Assembly: GCF_018977255.1 (NCBI RefSeq)
Contig: NW_024704743.1
Location: forward strand, 73,348,001-73,412,000
Reading direction: 5' to 3'
Length of the DNA: 64,000 nt
DNA from: Callorhinchus milii
Lineage: Eukaryota
Made by a program: the position numbers and the translations under genes. The notes below the pieces were generated by a model that saw only the letters and a program-made list of their open reading frames with translations, did no database searches and had not been told where the DNA came from. Shown here in pieces: positions 47,646 to 59,636 of the stretch (position 1 is its first letter; each line of letters starts with the position of its first letter).

Positions 47646-48729
47646 GTTCCTGTGAATGAAAAAGCCTTGTCTGGGAGGCACAGGGCAGTGACCAGCACAG
47701 TTCCACAAGGGTCTAATAGAGAATATTTGCTGTTCACATTATCCACAAATGATTGAGGAGAAGCAATTTTGTAATGTTATAAAATGTGCTGATGTTATGT
47801 TGCCAGATAAATAATATAAGGAGGATTAAATATTCAAGAAAATGTGGACAATTAATCAGATGGCCAAGGAGTGCCTGATCCAATAACTGTGTTGAAATGG
47901 GAATAATTCTTACTCAAAACATCATTTGGGACTCTTCAGGACTTACAGGAATTTCATTTGAGATCAGAGAAGACCTACTTTCAGAGCAGAGTTCTCACAG
48001 ATGGAAAGCAACAACTTGCATTAATGGAACACAGGATAACGTCTCAGAATGCTTCACAGGGACAGTATCGGAATTCGGGGAGGATGGTGTGACCATGGAA
48101 GTTAACCCCATGTTTGTGATTGATGTCACCCTGAGAGGGCATGTAGATAAAGAAAAGGAGGGGACTGGTGATAGGGCATTGAGGTACTTCACAGGTGATC
48201 GTAGGAGAGAAACTAATACAGGAGATCAAGTCAATGGGTTAAATACCATACAATACAATTTATATTTATAGAGTGCCTTTCACTTCCTGTCTTACCAGAA
48301 TTTATGGAATTATATTCAGAATTGTGTAAATTAAACCCAAGAGTCCTCAAAGAATTGAAATAAAAACAAAGTTAATTGCTCCATTAAGATTTAGAAATTA
48401 AAACACTGCACTACAAGAGGGTTGAGACTTGTATTGAAGCTTATGTGCATTCAGGCCATACAACCTGAAGCAAAGTGATGAAACCCAGAGTGGAATTGTC
48501 AGTGAATAAATGGATAGAATTGGATGATGAGTGGAAGAAGACATTGTTTTGAAGAAGGAACAGAGTTGGAGAGAGAAGTGAGCCCTTGGGATTCCCTGAG
48601 TTGATGGAAAAAGCACCAGAGAATGAACAGCATTTTATAACACAATGTAATCTTTAGCCATTTTAATGTCAGTATTTGTTGCTCTGATGTTGTCAGTCTA
48701 GTAGTGCCTTTTATTCTATTTGAAGCTAC

Positions 48730-49680
48730 TTTCTGTCTCCACCCTCGACTCCCTGACCGTTGATGTCCTGGCAAATTGTCTGCCTGACATTAAGTCCTGA
48801 ACAAGAGCCGACTTCCTTCAGCTCAATATTGGCAAGACAGAGGCACTTCTGCTTAGCCCCCGGCAGCACCTCCTTACTTCAGCTGCTGACACTATCACCA
48901 TTCATGCCTGCACTCTTCACCTCACCGAGCCAATCCAAAACCTCGCTGTCCTTTTCGACCCTCATCTATCCTTCAAACCCCACATTTGTGCCATGACCAA
49001 TTCCGGTTCTCCATACCTCTGCAACATTGCCCACCTCCGCCACTGTCTCTCACCATAGGCCACCGAGATCCTGATCCACGCTTTCATTACTTCCCGGCTT
49101 GACTATGCCAACTGCCCGCTCACTGGACTTCCAAACTCTTCCCTCCACAAGCTGCAGATCATCCAGAACTTTGAAGCTCGTATCCTCTCCCCGCACCGGG
49201 CTCTGTGACCCCATCACCCCCACCCTCGCCCAGCTCCACTAGTTTCCCATTCCCCAGAGGATAGAGCTCAAAATTCTTGTCCTCACCTTCAAGGCCCTCC
49301 ATGGCCTTGCCCCTCCCTACCTCTGCGACCTGCTGACCCTAAATCAACCTTCCCGCTCCCTCTGCTCAGCAAGCTCTGGGCTGCTCCATGTCCCCCCACT
49401 GGCCCAACCAACCATCAGCGGTTGGGCCTTCAGCCTTTCTGCACTCACCCTTTCAAACTTCATCCCACATTCCCTTTGCCTCACTCCCTCCCTTGTCTCC
49501 TTCAAGGCGTGTCTCAAAACCCTCCTCTTTGGCCAAGTCTCCGGTCTCCTCCTACCCTCCCTGCCCTCCACCTTCTACGATCCCGACCCCAGCCCAGGTT
49601 CAAAATCCCTGATTGTCCAGCGCCTTGGGATGTCCTCCTGACATGAAAGGTGCTATTCAAATGTAATTTTGTATTGTATT
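48730..49680 (+). mobile_element. L2 3' fragment, frameshifted
   Basis: CCGGCTTGACTATGCCAAC, CACAAGCTGCAGATCATCCAGAAC, stem-loop CAGCGCCTTGGGATGTCC. Confidence 0.9.
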
Positions 49681-50114
49681 GCGTTCACTGTCTACAAAAT
49701 AGACAGTCACTACGCTTTACAGTATATTTTGTGAAGTGCTTTGAGACATCCTCCTGATGTGGAAGGTGCTGTAGCAAATGCAAAGGTAATTATTATGTTA
49801 TTAGTACAGTTCATTTTCAATAGATCACCCAGTATCAGTTAAAATATCCACAATTGAATTTTCAATGCTTTTAACATGATGAATTAATCTTGAGTTTGAA
49901 TTTAGAGGTTTGTGTCACTGTAAGATGTACAGTAAATATGGAAAAAGTATAAAATCCTGCAATTCAATACGAAGATCAAACATAAAACATTCAAAGACGC
50001 ATTTTTATTATCTAACAATTTTGGAGTGAGATTAGGGGTGAGATCATTGCACTCAATAATCCCACTGAAGTTCATTTTACAAACTTTGTGAATCAGACCA
50101 TGTGAAGTTTTAAT

Positions 50115-50480
50115 TTATTTAGAGTCAGGGATAATGCTCCTCAGAAGAATTTTAGTAGCTTGGGGATTAAAATGAGACTTAAAAAAGAGGCATATAGCAA
50201 ATCTAAGGATAAAATATGAAAGGAAATCAAGCGGAGTAAGAAAAAGTATAGAATGGAAGCAAAGAAGGAGTTTAGAAAGCCCAAGGGTGGTATGAAGAAA
50301 GACTGGCAGGTAACATAAAAGGACACAGTAAAGGATTTATAAACACAGAAAAAGCAAAAGAATAGTTAAAGAAAGAATTGGGACAATGGAAACAATAAAG
50401 GAAAATTGTGTCATGGAGGATGAGGAATGGCAGCGATATTAAATTAATATTTTGCCTCAGACTTTATGGAAGAGTACAAT
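50115..50480 (+). mobile_element. CR1 ORF2 internal fragment, degenerate
   Basis: GAAGAAAGACTGGCAGGTAACATAAAAGG parallels 12668-12700. Confidence 0.65.
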
Positions 50481-50484
50481 GAAA

Positions 50485-50775
50485 TACAATTTACATATAT
50501 ATAGCGCCTTTCACGTCAGGAGAACATCTCAAAGAACATGACACTGCTGGCTGGGTATCCAAGCTGGGGGTTGGAGTGGGGGAAAGGTGCCCAAAATCAA
50601 GGTCAAAGAACTATGTCTTCAGATGTGCCTTGAATGAGGGGTGGGGAGGGAGGAGGGAGGAGGGAGGGCATTTCTGAGATGGTGTTCCATAAAGTAGGGG
50701 CAGAATGGCTAAAAATCCACCGATGGTGAGGCGAATAGGGCAGGGAATGTGAAGCACGCCAGTGCTCGCTGGGAA
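50485..50775 (-). mobile_element. L2 3' fragment
   Basis: ATATAGCGCCTTTCACGTCAGGAG stem-loop; CCACCGATGGTGAGGCG. Confidence 0.75.
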
Positions 50776-51039
50776 TACAAGATGAGGGGGAGGTGGAGGA
50801 ATTGGATTAATATTGAATTGCAGAATTTCATCTTTTTTGTTTTTACTGTACAAAATGTAACGATGACACAAGGCTCTATATCCAAGCTCAAAAATAATTC
50901 ATGACTTGAAGTCACCAGGCCCTGAATTGCCTGCTGAGGGAAATCGAGGATGAGCAATCTTTCAAGCATCCTTTGCCATGAAAGTCAAATGGGAGGATTG
51001 GAGCGTTACCAATGTACTACTTCTATTTAAACAAAGTGG

Positions 51040-51475
51040 CAGAGCAGAGAGACCTAGGGATTCATGTACACAAATCTTTAAAAGCGGGAGGGCGAGTTGA
51101 CAAAGCTTTCTAAAAAAGCTAATGTGATCCCAGGTTTTATGAATAGAGTCTTAGAATACAAAAGCAAAGAGGTTATGATAACCTGTAAACTAATTAATTG
51201 GTTTGACAGATCTTAGGTGTTTGGTCCAGTTTGGGGCCCCACTTTAGGATGGAAGGCAAGTGGGGTCAAAGGACATTCACTAGAATGACACCAGAAATAA
51301 AAAGACTGTACTTATGAGGAGAGACTAAAAAAAAGACTGTTCTCACTACTACAGAGAAAGTTTAGAAGAGACTTGATGACGTACAAATCATGAAGAATTT
51401 TCATAAGTTAAGTAAGGAAGAACAATTTCCACTGGTGGTTGAGTAAGTCACTGGAGGTCATACATTTAAGATCAG
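51040..51475 (+). mobile_element. CR1 RT C-terminal fragment, degenerate
   Basis: CAGAGAGACCTAGGGATTCATGTACAC, GAATACAAAAGCAAAGAGG, GGAGGTCATACATTTAAGAT. Confidence 0.75.
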
Positions 51476-51831
51476 TGCTTTTTGTTGGCTTACCAGGTGT
51501 TTGACACATATGGAAAATTATCACTTTGCATCACTTTCGCTTAAGAGGATTCAAACCAGACTAAAGTTAGTGAGAGACAAGACTTGGAATCCGCAGTGTG
51601 TGCTTTGGGCTACTGCTGGAGTTATCCACCAAAACCACAAAGGTTGCCATTGACAGCCCTGTCTGGCAAGCTTCCTCTAGTTTGTCCAGCTTGGACCATC
51701 CTACCCATTAGAGCTATGGCTTGTAGGATTAAGAGCAGAGTGGGACAAATCCCTGGCACCAGTGACTGGTTTGCCCCTCTCAGCCCTGATAATGAACCAT
51801 TCTGGCCAGGCTGTTATCACCAGTGCCCTGG
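51476..51831 (+). repeat. Unclassified dispersed repeat, copy 1
   Basis: Colinear by eye with the reverse complement of 57231-57570. Confidence 0.7.
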
Positions 51832-51962
51832 ATCGTTACCAAAAACAAAAGGAAAGATTATGACAATATTTTTACAAAAAGAAATCAGGATAACATATGT
51901 CTTACCAAAAATAATGGCTGAAGTTTGATAAGTTTTACAATATAACCACACTTTACACATAT

Positions 51963-52715
51963 ATACTACTACTACTACTAATAATAATAATCCTTGCATT
52001 TGATATAACTGCTTATCACATTGAAACCTCTCAAAGCGCTTCACAGGGTATACAGAATATACTATATATACTTCTCTGACCTGCTGACTCACTACCGACC
52101 TGCCCGCTCCCTCCGGTCAGCGGGCTCCGGCCTGCTCCATGTCTCCCGCCCGACCCGCCCTACCATCGGTGGCCGAGTTTTCAGCCTCTCTGTCCCCACA
52201 CTCTGGAACTCCATCCCACGGTCCCTTTGTCTCGCTTCCTCCCTTGTCTCCTTCAAGGCTAATCTCAAGACCCTCCTCTTCGATCATGCCTACGGTCACC
52301 TTCCCACCTTTCTGCCTTCCCTCACCCCTAACCCACTCCTCCCCCATGCTCGGGTCCTGACCCCTGACTGTCCAACGCCTTGGGACGACCTCCTGACGAA
52401 AAAGGAGTTCTATATATGTAATTTTACTGTTGTTGTTGTAGTGACTGTGTTTTGTGGGCAAAATACAGCAGCCATTTGTGCACAGCAGGGTCCCACAAAC
52501 AACCATGGATTGAGTGACCAAATTATTATTATTTCAGAGGGATTATTACCCCCGGAAAGTGATCCGCCAATCGACTAGCAAGCAGGTTCCTACTTACTGC
52601 TAGGTAAACAGAGGCATGTGTATGGAGTAAGGAAACTTGCCTAAGATTTTGCCCTGCCTGGGAATCAAACCCGTCCTCTTGCTTGTGAGGCGAGTGCTCT
52701 AATCACGACGCTATG
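51963..52715 (-). mobile_element. SINE family 2 long variant split by L2 (51963-52065 and 52440-52715)
   Basis: Tail at 51963; body and head resume after the L2 tail. Confidence 0.85.
52069..52439 (+). mobile_element. L2 3' fragment nested in SINE
   Basis: YFSDLLTHYRPARSLRSAGSGLLHV...LWNSIP; (TTG)n tail. Confidence 0.92.
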
Positions 52716-53089
52716 GTTAGAATCCAGCAGTTACCCCAACGCACACTCTGGGCTCCCCCAAACCTTATTAATAATAATAATACTTGCATTTGATATAGCA
52801 CCATATCACGTCGTCAAGACGTCTCAAAGAGCTGCACAGGATTCACTGTAAAGTGTCGTAGCTGGTGTTTTGTGGGCGATACTCAAATAAATAGCAAGAA
52901 TATTACATCTCACTATCAGAGAGTAATATGGGAATCGAAGCAGCCCTCTGTGACTGTCTCTAGTCTGGTTCCTGAGCCAGGCGAGTTCGCAGTATTCCAG
53001 GGCACTACATAGACTATATATCCTCCCGGAATGAAAGACATAATATAGTTTGTTCCATGCCGGGAAGACATCTTAAAGCACTTGACAAT

Positions 53090-53250
53090 GTCGGCTTTTA
53101 AAACGTAATTGAGGAAATTTATGAAATGGAAGATTATAAAAGGGGACTGACAAGGGCAGGACAATGGAACGTAATGGATAGCTCTTTCGGAGAACAGACA
53201 AATATATAATGGGCTGAATGGACTCCTTCTGCGCTGTAGAATTCTATCCT
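53090..53250 (+). mobile_element. CR1 3' end
   Basis: GGATAGCTCTTTC...ATGGGCTGAATGGACTCCTTCTGCGCTGTAGAATTCTAT. Confidence 0.75.
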
Positions 53251-53944
53251 TCTACATATTGTTTGTAGTACCTGGCTGCTTTTGTTCCGATTTAGGTCCC
53301 CTATTTTTAACTCAAAGACTCCTTTGCTACTAATTGGAATATGTAAGGAACATGAAAGGAATCTGTATGAGAAAGGGAGCATTTTTGCCTATTGCATTTG
53401 AAGCTTAGTCACATAAATTCAGACTAAGATGCAGTGCAGTCCTGTGGCAAATTATATTTTCAAAGCCATCACTATGGTTGTGCATTCCTGTCAACAACGT
53501 CTGAAACTGGAATAATAATTACTACCTGATTGCTGTGCAAATACATTCAGATTAAGATAGCAAGAACCATGAACATCCCAGAAGCAGAAAAAGTAAATAA
53601 GGGATTAACTGGACAATTAATCCTTACCCTGCTGAATGAACAAGAACTTGGTTAATGCAGGAAGTGATATGACAAGGGCTTTAAAGATTAAGTGACTCAA
53701 CTCTTGAAATTTCTATGGGCAACGTCGCATGCACCTTGTTGTGCACTTTTAATTGAAAACAAATCAGACCAAGGATGTGAAGATATTTCACTGAAGGAGC
53801 AATTCAGTCAAGCAGCCTTTTTCAGAGAAAAGGCTGTGATTTTGATTTGCATTATACTATCCAGAAACGACTGACACTCTTTAGCCGTCCTTATTTGGAG
53901 AGTTTTATTGTGTCAGCAAATTGACAGTGAAAACTCATTTGATC

Positions 53945-54604
53945 TATAATAATAACAACCCTTGCGTTTGATATAGGACCTGAGCATGTTGTTGAGATGT
54001 CTGAAAATGCTTCATAGGATATACTGTAAAGTAGCAGTGCATATTTTGTAGGTGAATGCAGCAGCCAATTTGCACACACACACAATTTGTCCCACAAACA
54101 CCCACGGAGTGAGTTACCAATATTATTCAGAAACTTGCTGGCCAGGACACTGGAAGAAGCTTTCTCCTCTTTTTTTAATAGAGCCATTGAATCTTTAACA
54201 TCACCTGGACAGGTAGAAGGGACCTCAGTTTTACATCTCATCCAAAGGATAGCACCTCTGACAATGCAGCACACCCCCATCACTGCATTGGACTGTCAGT
54301 ATAGACTATATGATTCTAAATCCCGACATGGGGCTTGAACCCACAATCTTTTGACTCAAAGAAGATTGCTCTGGAACTCACTTCCTCACTCCGTTCGTCT
54401 CGCTCCCTCTCTTCCTATTTTCAAGTCTCTGCTGAAGACCTTTCTCTTCGACCGTGCCTTTGGTCACCTTCCTCCCCCTCCCCCTGGCTCGGCCCCTGGA
54501 TCCGTTACTGTAAAGCGCTCTTGAGACGCTGTCCGGCGTGGAGGGCGCTGTATAAATCCAAATTGTTGTTGTTGTTATTCTACCAACTGAACCAAGCTGA
54601 CACA
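53945..54604 (-). mobile_element. Deu-domain SINE with head interrupted by an L2 piece
   Basis: Tail at 53945, core, GGGGCTTGAACCCACAA B-box; A-box CTACCAACTGAACCAAGCTGAC at 54580-54601. Confidence 0.82.
54372..54578 (+). mobile_element. L2 3' end, second subfamily (different loop)
   Basis: CTCTGGAACTCACTTCC...AAGCGCTCTTGAGACGCTGTCCGGCGTGGAGGGCGCT...TTGTTGTTG. Confidence 0.8.
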
Positions 54605-55184
54605 TCTAGTGTACCTATGGGTCAAACATAAAAATTCAATAGCTATCACTAGTTCAATTCAACCTGGAATTATGTGTTGACACAATTTGCACTGCTTAAT
54701 GTGAAATACTAAATGGCCATTAAGTGGCAACACCACTCTCCCTGAATGGTATTTTACCACTTTCAAACCAGGAGTAAAACGCCTATTTTTTACATGTGAG
54801 AAAATTTCTGCCATAAGTTACAGCTGCTACGCTAGCTTTTAGCTTTTTACAGTTTAGCTTTTTTTTATACGTTCATCTCCTGAATCACAGTGAAATCTGA
54901 GTTCTACGTAGGCTTAAGGCGATGGTCATGAATGGTAAAGCAGTTATAAATAGGCTGGTAATGCACATTGGAAGCAAAAATGGGAAATACATGTGCTCTA
55001 TAGATGGGAAAGAACTTGCCAAATGGGTAATAGATGAAATAGACCCAGGGGAATTGGTTGACAAGTTACTTATCAATAGGAGGTTTCGAAAAAGAGATGG
55101 CTGAAGATTATAATTGAACTGTGACTTCTCACAGACATTTTTATACAACTGTATTCCAGTACTCTGAATTCTGAAATTACACAG

Positions 55185-55545
55185 TGCAGCTGACACTCCA
55201 CAGCAGTCCTGAGAGTATGCTGTATTGTTGCAAATACTGTCCTTCGGATGAATCGTTAAACTGAGATCCCACCTGCCTGTTCATCTGCCTGGATCAGTAA
55301 AATCCAAGAGCCATGTTCAAAATGAGAGTGGAGTTTCTTCTGGTATCCTGGCCAACAACCCCAAGTAAAATTGGTCGTTCACTTTACGCTGTTGTGGATA
55401 TTGCTATGTGCACATTGGCTGCCACATTCACCTACAAAATACATTTGCAGTACATTTGCAGTAAATCCTTTGAAGCTCTTTGAGACATCCTCTTGACACG
55501 AAAGGCACCGTATCAAAAATAAGGATTATTATTATTTATTATTAT
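55185..55545 (+). mobile_element. Deu-domain SINE, head missing
   Basis: GCTGACACTCCACAGCAG, CTTCGGATGAATCGTTAAACTGAG, AAGGATTATTATT tail. Confidence 0.8.
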
Positions 55546-55671
55546 TAACATTATTGCTGTTGCTGTTACTCCAAGGTGGTTGCCAAATCACACTTATGCA
55601 TTTCTCTCCTTCTGTCTATCCCTCCAGCTCATAATAATCTCAACTCTGTCTAACTTTATTTCAAACACAAT

Positions 55672-55750
55672 TAGTTAAACCTTGATAATCCACAAAACTA
55701 AATTATCCACAGGGGTCCGTCCATCATGGCAGATAATCAAGATTTCAATA
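55672..55750. mobile_element. Possible ~80-bp Tigger/pogo-type MITE relic
   Basis: TAGTTAAACCTTGATAATC ... GATAATCAAGATTTCAATA imperfect inverted ends. Confidence 0.4.
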
Positions 55751-55807
55751 TATCTTAATTTTACAGATTGGTTATTTTTCAGTTACTTAGTTTTGATTAA
55801 TAAAATG

Positions 55808-56085
55808 AGTATTATTTGAACCTTGAATAGTGAACCTGTGGAATATTGTGGAGTATTATTTGAACCTTGAATAGTGAACCTGTGGAACAGGCTCCCTAGG
55901 GAGACGGTTGAAGCAGGAAGTGTTGATTCTTTCAAACACAGACTAGATAGTTTTCTTTTAGGGAATAACATTATGAGATATAGTACATAGGTAGTTTAGG
56001 ACATATGTGCATGCAGGGAGTTGGAAGACAAACTATATGGACCTTGTTTTTTTTTCATCTAGCATTTGTTATGTTCTTATGTTTA
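55808..56085 (+). mobile_element. Old CR1 3' end with a 37-bp duplication at its 5' edge
   Basis: GAGTATTATTTGAACCTTGAATAGTGAACCTGTGGAA occurs twice; GTTGAAGCAGG..TTCTTTCAAACACAGACTAGAT; TTATGTTCTTATG tail. Confidence 0.7.
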
Positions 56086-56411
56086 TTATTGGTAAGCACT
56101 TTTTGTTCACTGAATATAATCCTGACCCAGTCAGAAATGGGAGCATAGAGTGTAATAAAACCCAAGGTGCCTGCAGAACTTTGTTGGTTGACATTCAGAA
56201 AGATTTCTGATTATGTTGACCCAGGCTTTTTATTTTTTTCAGATCAATCCCTGCGCTTCTATAAGTCTTGGTTTTGTAATTGCTTTTTTCCAGCATTTTT
56301 AACAGTATGGATTCACAACAAGCCTTTAATCAGGGATATGTTTAGTAGATTCTAATTCATTTTTGGAGTTTCCATTATATGCATGGAGTTCACCAGTTGG
56401 TCATTATAATA

Positions 56412-57020
56412 GAATAATAATCCTTAGATTTGATATAGTGTCATTTATGTTAAGAGAATGTCTCAAAGTGCTTCACAAAATTTACCGTGGTGACTGTTAG
56501 GGCTATGTCCTAACCTCCTAAAACCCTATCAACTGTCCGCTCCCTTCACTCGGCAGATACTGGCCAGCTCCACGTTCCCCGCCCAAACCGCTCCACCATT
56601 GGTGGTCGGGCCTTTAGCTTTCAGCACACGCCTTCTGGAACTCCATCTGAAGATCCTCCGCCTTGCCCCCTCCTTTGCGTCCTTCAAGGCCTGTCTCAAG
56701 ACCTTCCTCTCTGACCAGACCTTCGGTCATCTTCCCACCACCACCCCCCTTGCCCTCCACCTCTCTTGACTCCAGCCTGAAGCTTGGGTGCAAACCCTTG
56801 ACTGTCCAGTGCCTTAGGACATCCTCCTGACACGAAAGGTGCTATATAAATGTAATGTGTTATTTTGTAGGTGAATGCAGCAGCTAATTTGTGCACACCA
56901 TTAGGGTTAGAGCTGGCAATGTCCCACAGCAGTCATAAGGTGAATTAACAATTTTATCTGGGGAGTTGCTGGTCAGGGCACTGGGAGAAACTCGCTTCTG
57001 TTTTCAAATAGTGCCATGGG
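56412..57020 (-). mobile_element. Deu-domain SINE 3' part split by L2
   Basis: Tail 56412-56495; body resumes at ~56860 up to AAATAGTGCCATGGG. Confidence 0.7.
56512..56856 (+). mobile_element. L2 3' fragment
   Basis: ACCATTGGTGGTCGGGCCTTTAGC, CTGGAACTCCATC, stem-loop. Confidence 0.85.
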
Positions 57021-57230
57021 AGCTTTGTGCAAATTGGGGGCCGCATTCGCCTACTGATATGCAGTCACTATACTCTACAGTAAATTCTGTGAAGCACTTT
57101 GAGACATTATAGGATTATCATTACATTGTTGTTTGCTTTCTGTACATGTGAACTTCTGATGATTGATATACTTGGATTCCTAAATCTTTTGGATTATTTG
57201 ACCTCTTTCACCCTAGTGCTTCTCCTAGAA

Positions 57231-57570
57231 CCACAAGCCACTGCTGATAGATGGACTAACCTGGTTCATTGGCAACAGTGCCAGACTGTGGGCAAGGACT
57301 CTTTCCACTCAGCTCCTGTTAACCCTGGAAGCCAAAGCCCTAACCGGTAGGGTGGTCCTCACTGGACAAGCAGGGGCAAAGCTTTCCAGGCAGTGCTCAT
57401 AATGGCAATTTATACAATTTTAGCTGGTTAAACTCCAGCCGTCTCCCAATGCACATTCTTGGGTTCCCAAAACTTGCCTCTTGCTAAGCTTTGTTTGGAA
57501 CATTCCAGAATTAGACAAGCATGGTGATGAGTTTCCACGAGTTTCCACCTGACTTACCAAATAAAAGGTG
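57231..57570 (-). repeat. Unclassified dispersed repeat, copy 2
   Basis: Reverse complement aligns to 51476-51831. Confidence 0.7.
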
Positions 57571-57710
57571 GATGCTCAGTGTGTATTCCTGGCTGTCATT
57601 ATACATGAACAGTGTATTACTTTACACTTCTATTAATGGCATGGGATGGAAATTATTTGGGAAGTTTCTCCCCTTCTCACCTTACACCGCTAGAGGACTC
57701 CCCACCTAGG

Positions 57711-58079
57711 TGTGGAGTCCTGTAGGGTATTGATTAGAGCCCTTGCCTCGCAAGCGAGAGGATCCGTGTTCGATTCCCGAGCAGGGCAAAATCTTAGGCA
57801 AGTTTCCTTACGCCACAGAGGTGTTTACGTAGCAATAAGTAGAAACCCAGTTGTTAGTTGATTGACGAATTTCTTTAGGGGTGATAATCCTGTAAAAAAA
57901 AATGTGGTCACTCAGTCCGCAACTGTTTGTGGGATATTGCTGTGTGCAATTGTCTGCCACATTTCGCCCACAGAATATACAGTCAATTCACTTTAGAGTA
58001 TATTCTGTAAAGTGCTTTGATTTTTTATGTCTCAACGACGTGATAAGACACTATACCAAATGCAAGGATTATTATTATT
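57711..58079 (+). mobile_element. SINE family 2, long variant, full length
   Basis: GTGGAGTCCTGTAG head, GTTCGATTCCCG B-box, body, AAGGATTATTATT tail. Confidence 0.9.
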
Positions 58080-58204
58080 TAAACTTCCCTATATCTCTAG
58101 CATCAAGTCCTCCTCTGAAGACTGAAGCAAAATATTAATTTAACAATGGTGAGGTATTGAGCCGTGCAGACCAGAAGGGTCACAGAATCAATCTCTAGCC
58201 TGTA

Positions 58205-58905
58205 AAATATATTGCTTGGGCCCAGTCGGAGTATTGCATCCAGTTTTGAACACTTCATTAAAAAGGGTATCCAGCACTGGAGAAGATACTGTGTAGATTT
58301 ACTAGGGTAATATTCAGGATAAGATTATAGTTATGTGAAGAAACTTGAAAAGTTAGGAATGTTTCCTCTGGATCAAAGAATGTTTGGGGTGGAATGAATC
58401 TAAAAGCCATTTTCAAAGTAAATGTTTTAAAGGATAAACAAAGAGATACTATTTTCTATTTCCGTTGATCATTGAGTCAGTTGCAAAAGACCATATGGAA
58501 TGCCTGTGTGCAAATGGTTGTAGGGATCCAAGACAGCAACAACAACATTTATCTAACGCCCTTCACGCAGGGCAGAGTCTCGGAGCGCTTAACAGTGGCG
58601 GAGCCTGACGCCGAGCCAGAGGAAGGTAGGATGTGACCATAAGCATGTTCAGAGGAAGATCTTCAGAGGAAGGTCTTCAAGACAATACCCTGCATGAAGG
58701 GTGCTATACAGTATAAATACAAGTTGTTGTTGTTGAAGCTAAGTCCACCATGGTATTTTCAACATAATTTGCTAAATATTTGAAGAAAATAATATTTATG
58801 GCTGTGGGGAAAGAGAGGTGGAATGAGATTCGATAGGTCCAGTGGTGGAGTTAGCATCAGCACAGACACGTTGGACCAACTCGCCTCCTGCTGTTACAGA
58901 TTTAG
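58205..58905 (+). mobile_element. Old CR1 3' fragment interrupted by opposed L2-type tails (58535-58735)
   Basis: GGAGTATTGCATCCAGTTTTG, GAAAAGTTAGGAATGTTTCC; resumes GAAGCTAAGTCC...CAGCACAGACACG. Confidence 0.7.
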
Positions 58906-59636
58906 CAACATTTGTATTTGTAGGTCAGAAAGTGCTGTTTCTCAGCCTGCCCTTAAAAGAGACAACTCATCCCTAGTGCTTTGCATTGCGCTGTGTTTTA
59001 CCTTCAGCCAGAAAACCATTACAAGCACGTTTTCAAGTTTACCTGACAATTGAAGGACAATAAAATGGCAAGTGAGTTGTGGTCACAGTCACAAGTGAGC
59101 TATGGATTGTTTGGGACCACTTCATCTTGTATTCTGTTTATACCATGCGACAGGTTAGTAATTAAACTGTGAAGGACAGAATGATGTGTTGTGGATTGGG
59201 ACTGATTCTGGCGATATCACCATGAGCCAGCTCTTCTCCTTATTCCATTATATCTATGAAATAAATCTTCTGTGAATATGAAGTCACAGAATCACAAGAA
59301 TTACAATTCTCCCCAAACTATACAGTATTTATTTACTGATATTAAATTAACTATTGCTATTATTATTCGTTATTATTAAGTGAGATTAACCTGAATTGCA
59401 ATTGAATTATGTTTTTATTTTGGGAAAAGAGTATTATTTTTATATTACTATTTCATATAATTACAAAAAACTGTTATAATGTTATACTTTATTTCCTGAG
59501 GGCATTTTTCATGCAAATTTGGTCTATTTTAAAAAAGGAAACCAGGTTTATGTTTCTCAACATGCTGGTGGAAAGAAAGAACCTGCATTTGTGTAGTGTT
59601 AATACACAGAATGTCTCAAAGTGGTTCACAGTACCT

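Noticed and set aside
59043..59254. Minus-strand segment with acceptor- and donor-like ends
   Set aside because: Stops in all three frames; a non-coding exon cannot be supported without RNA data.
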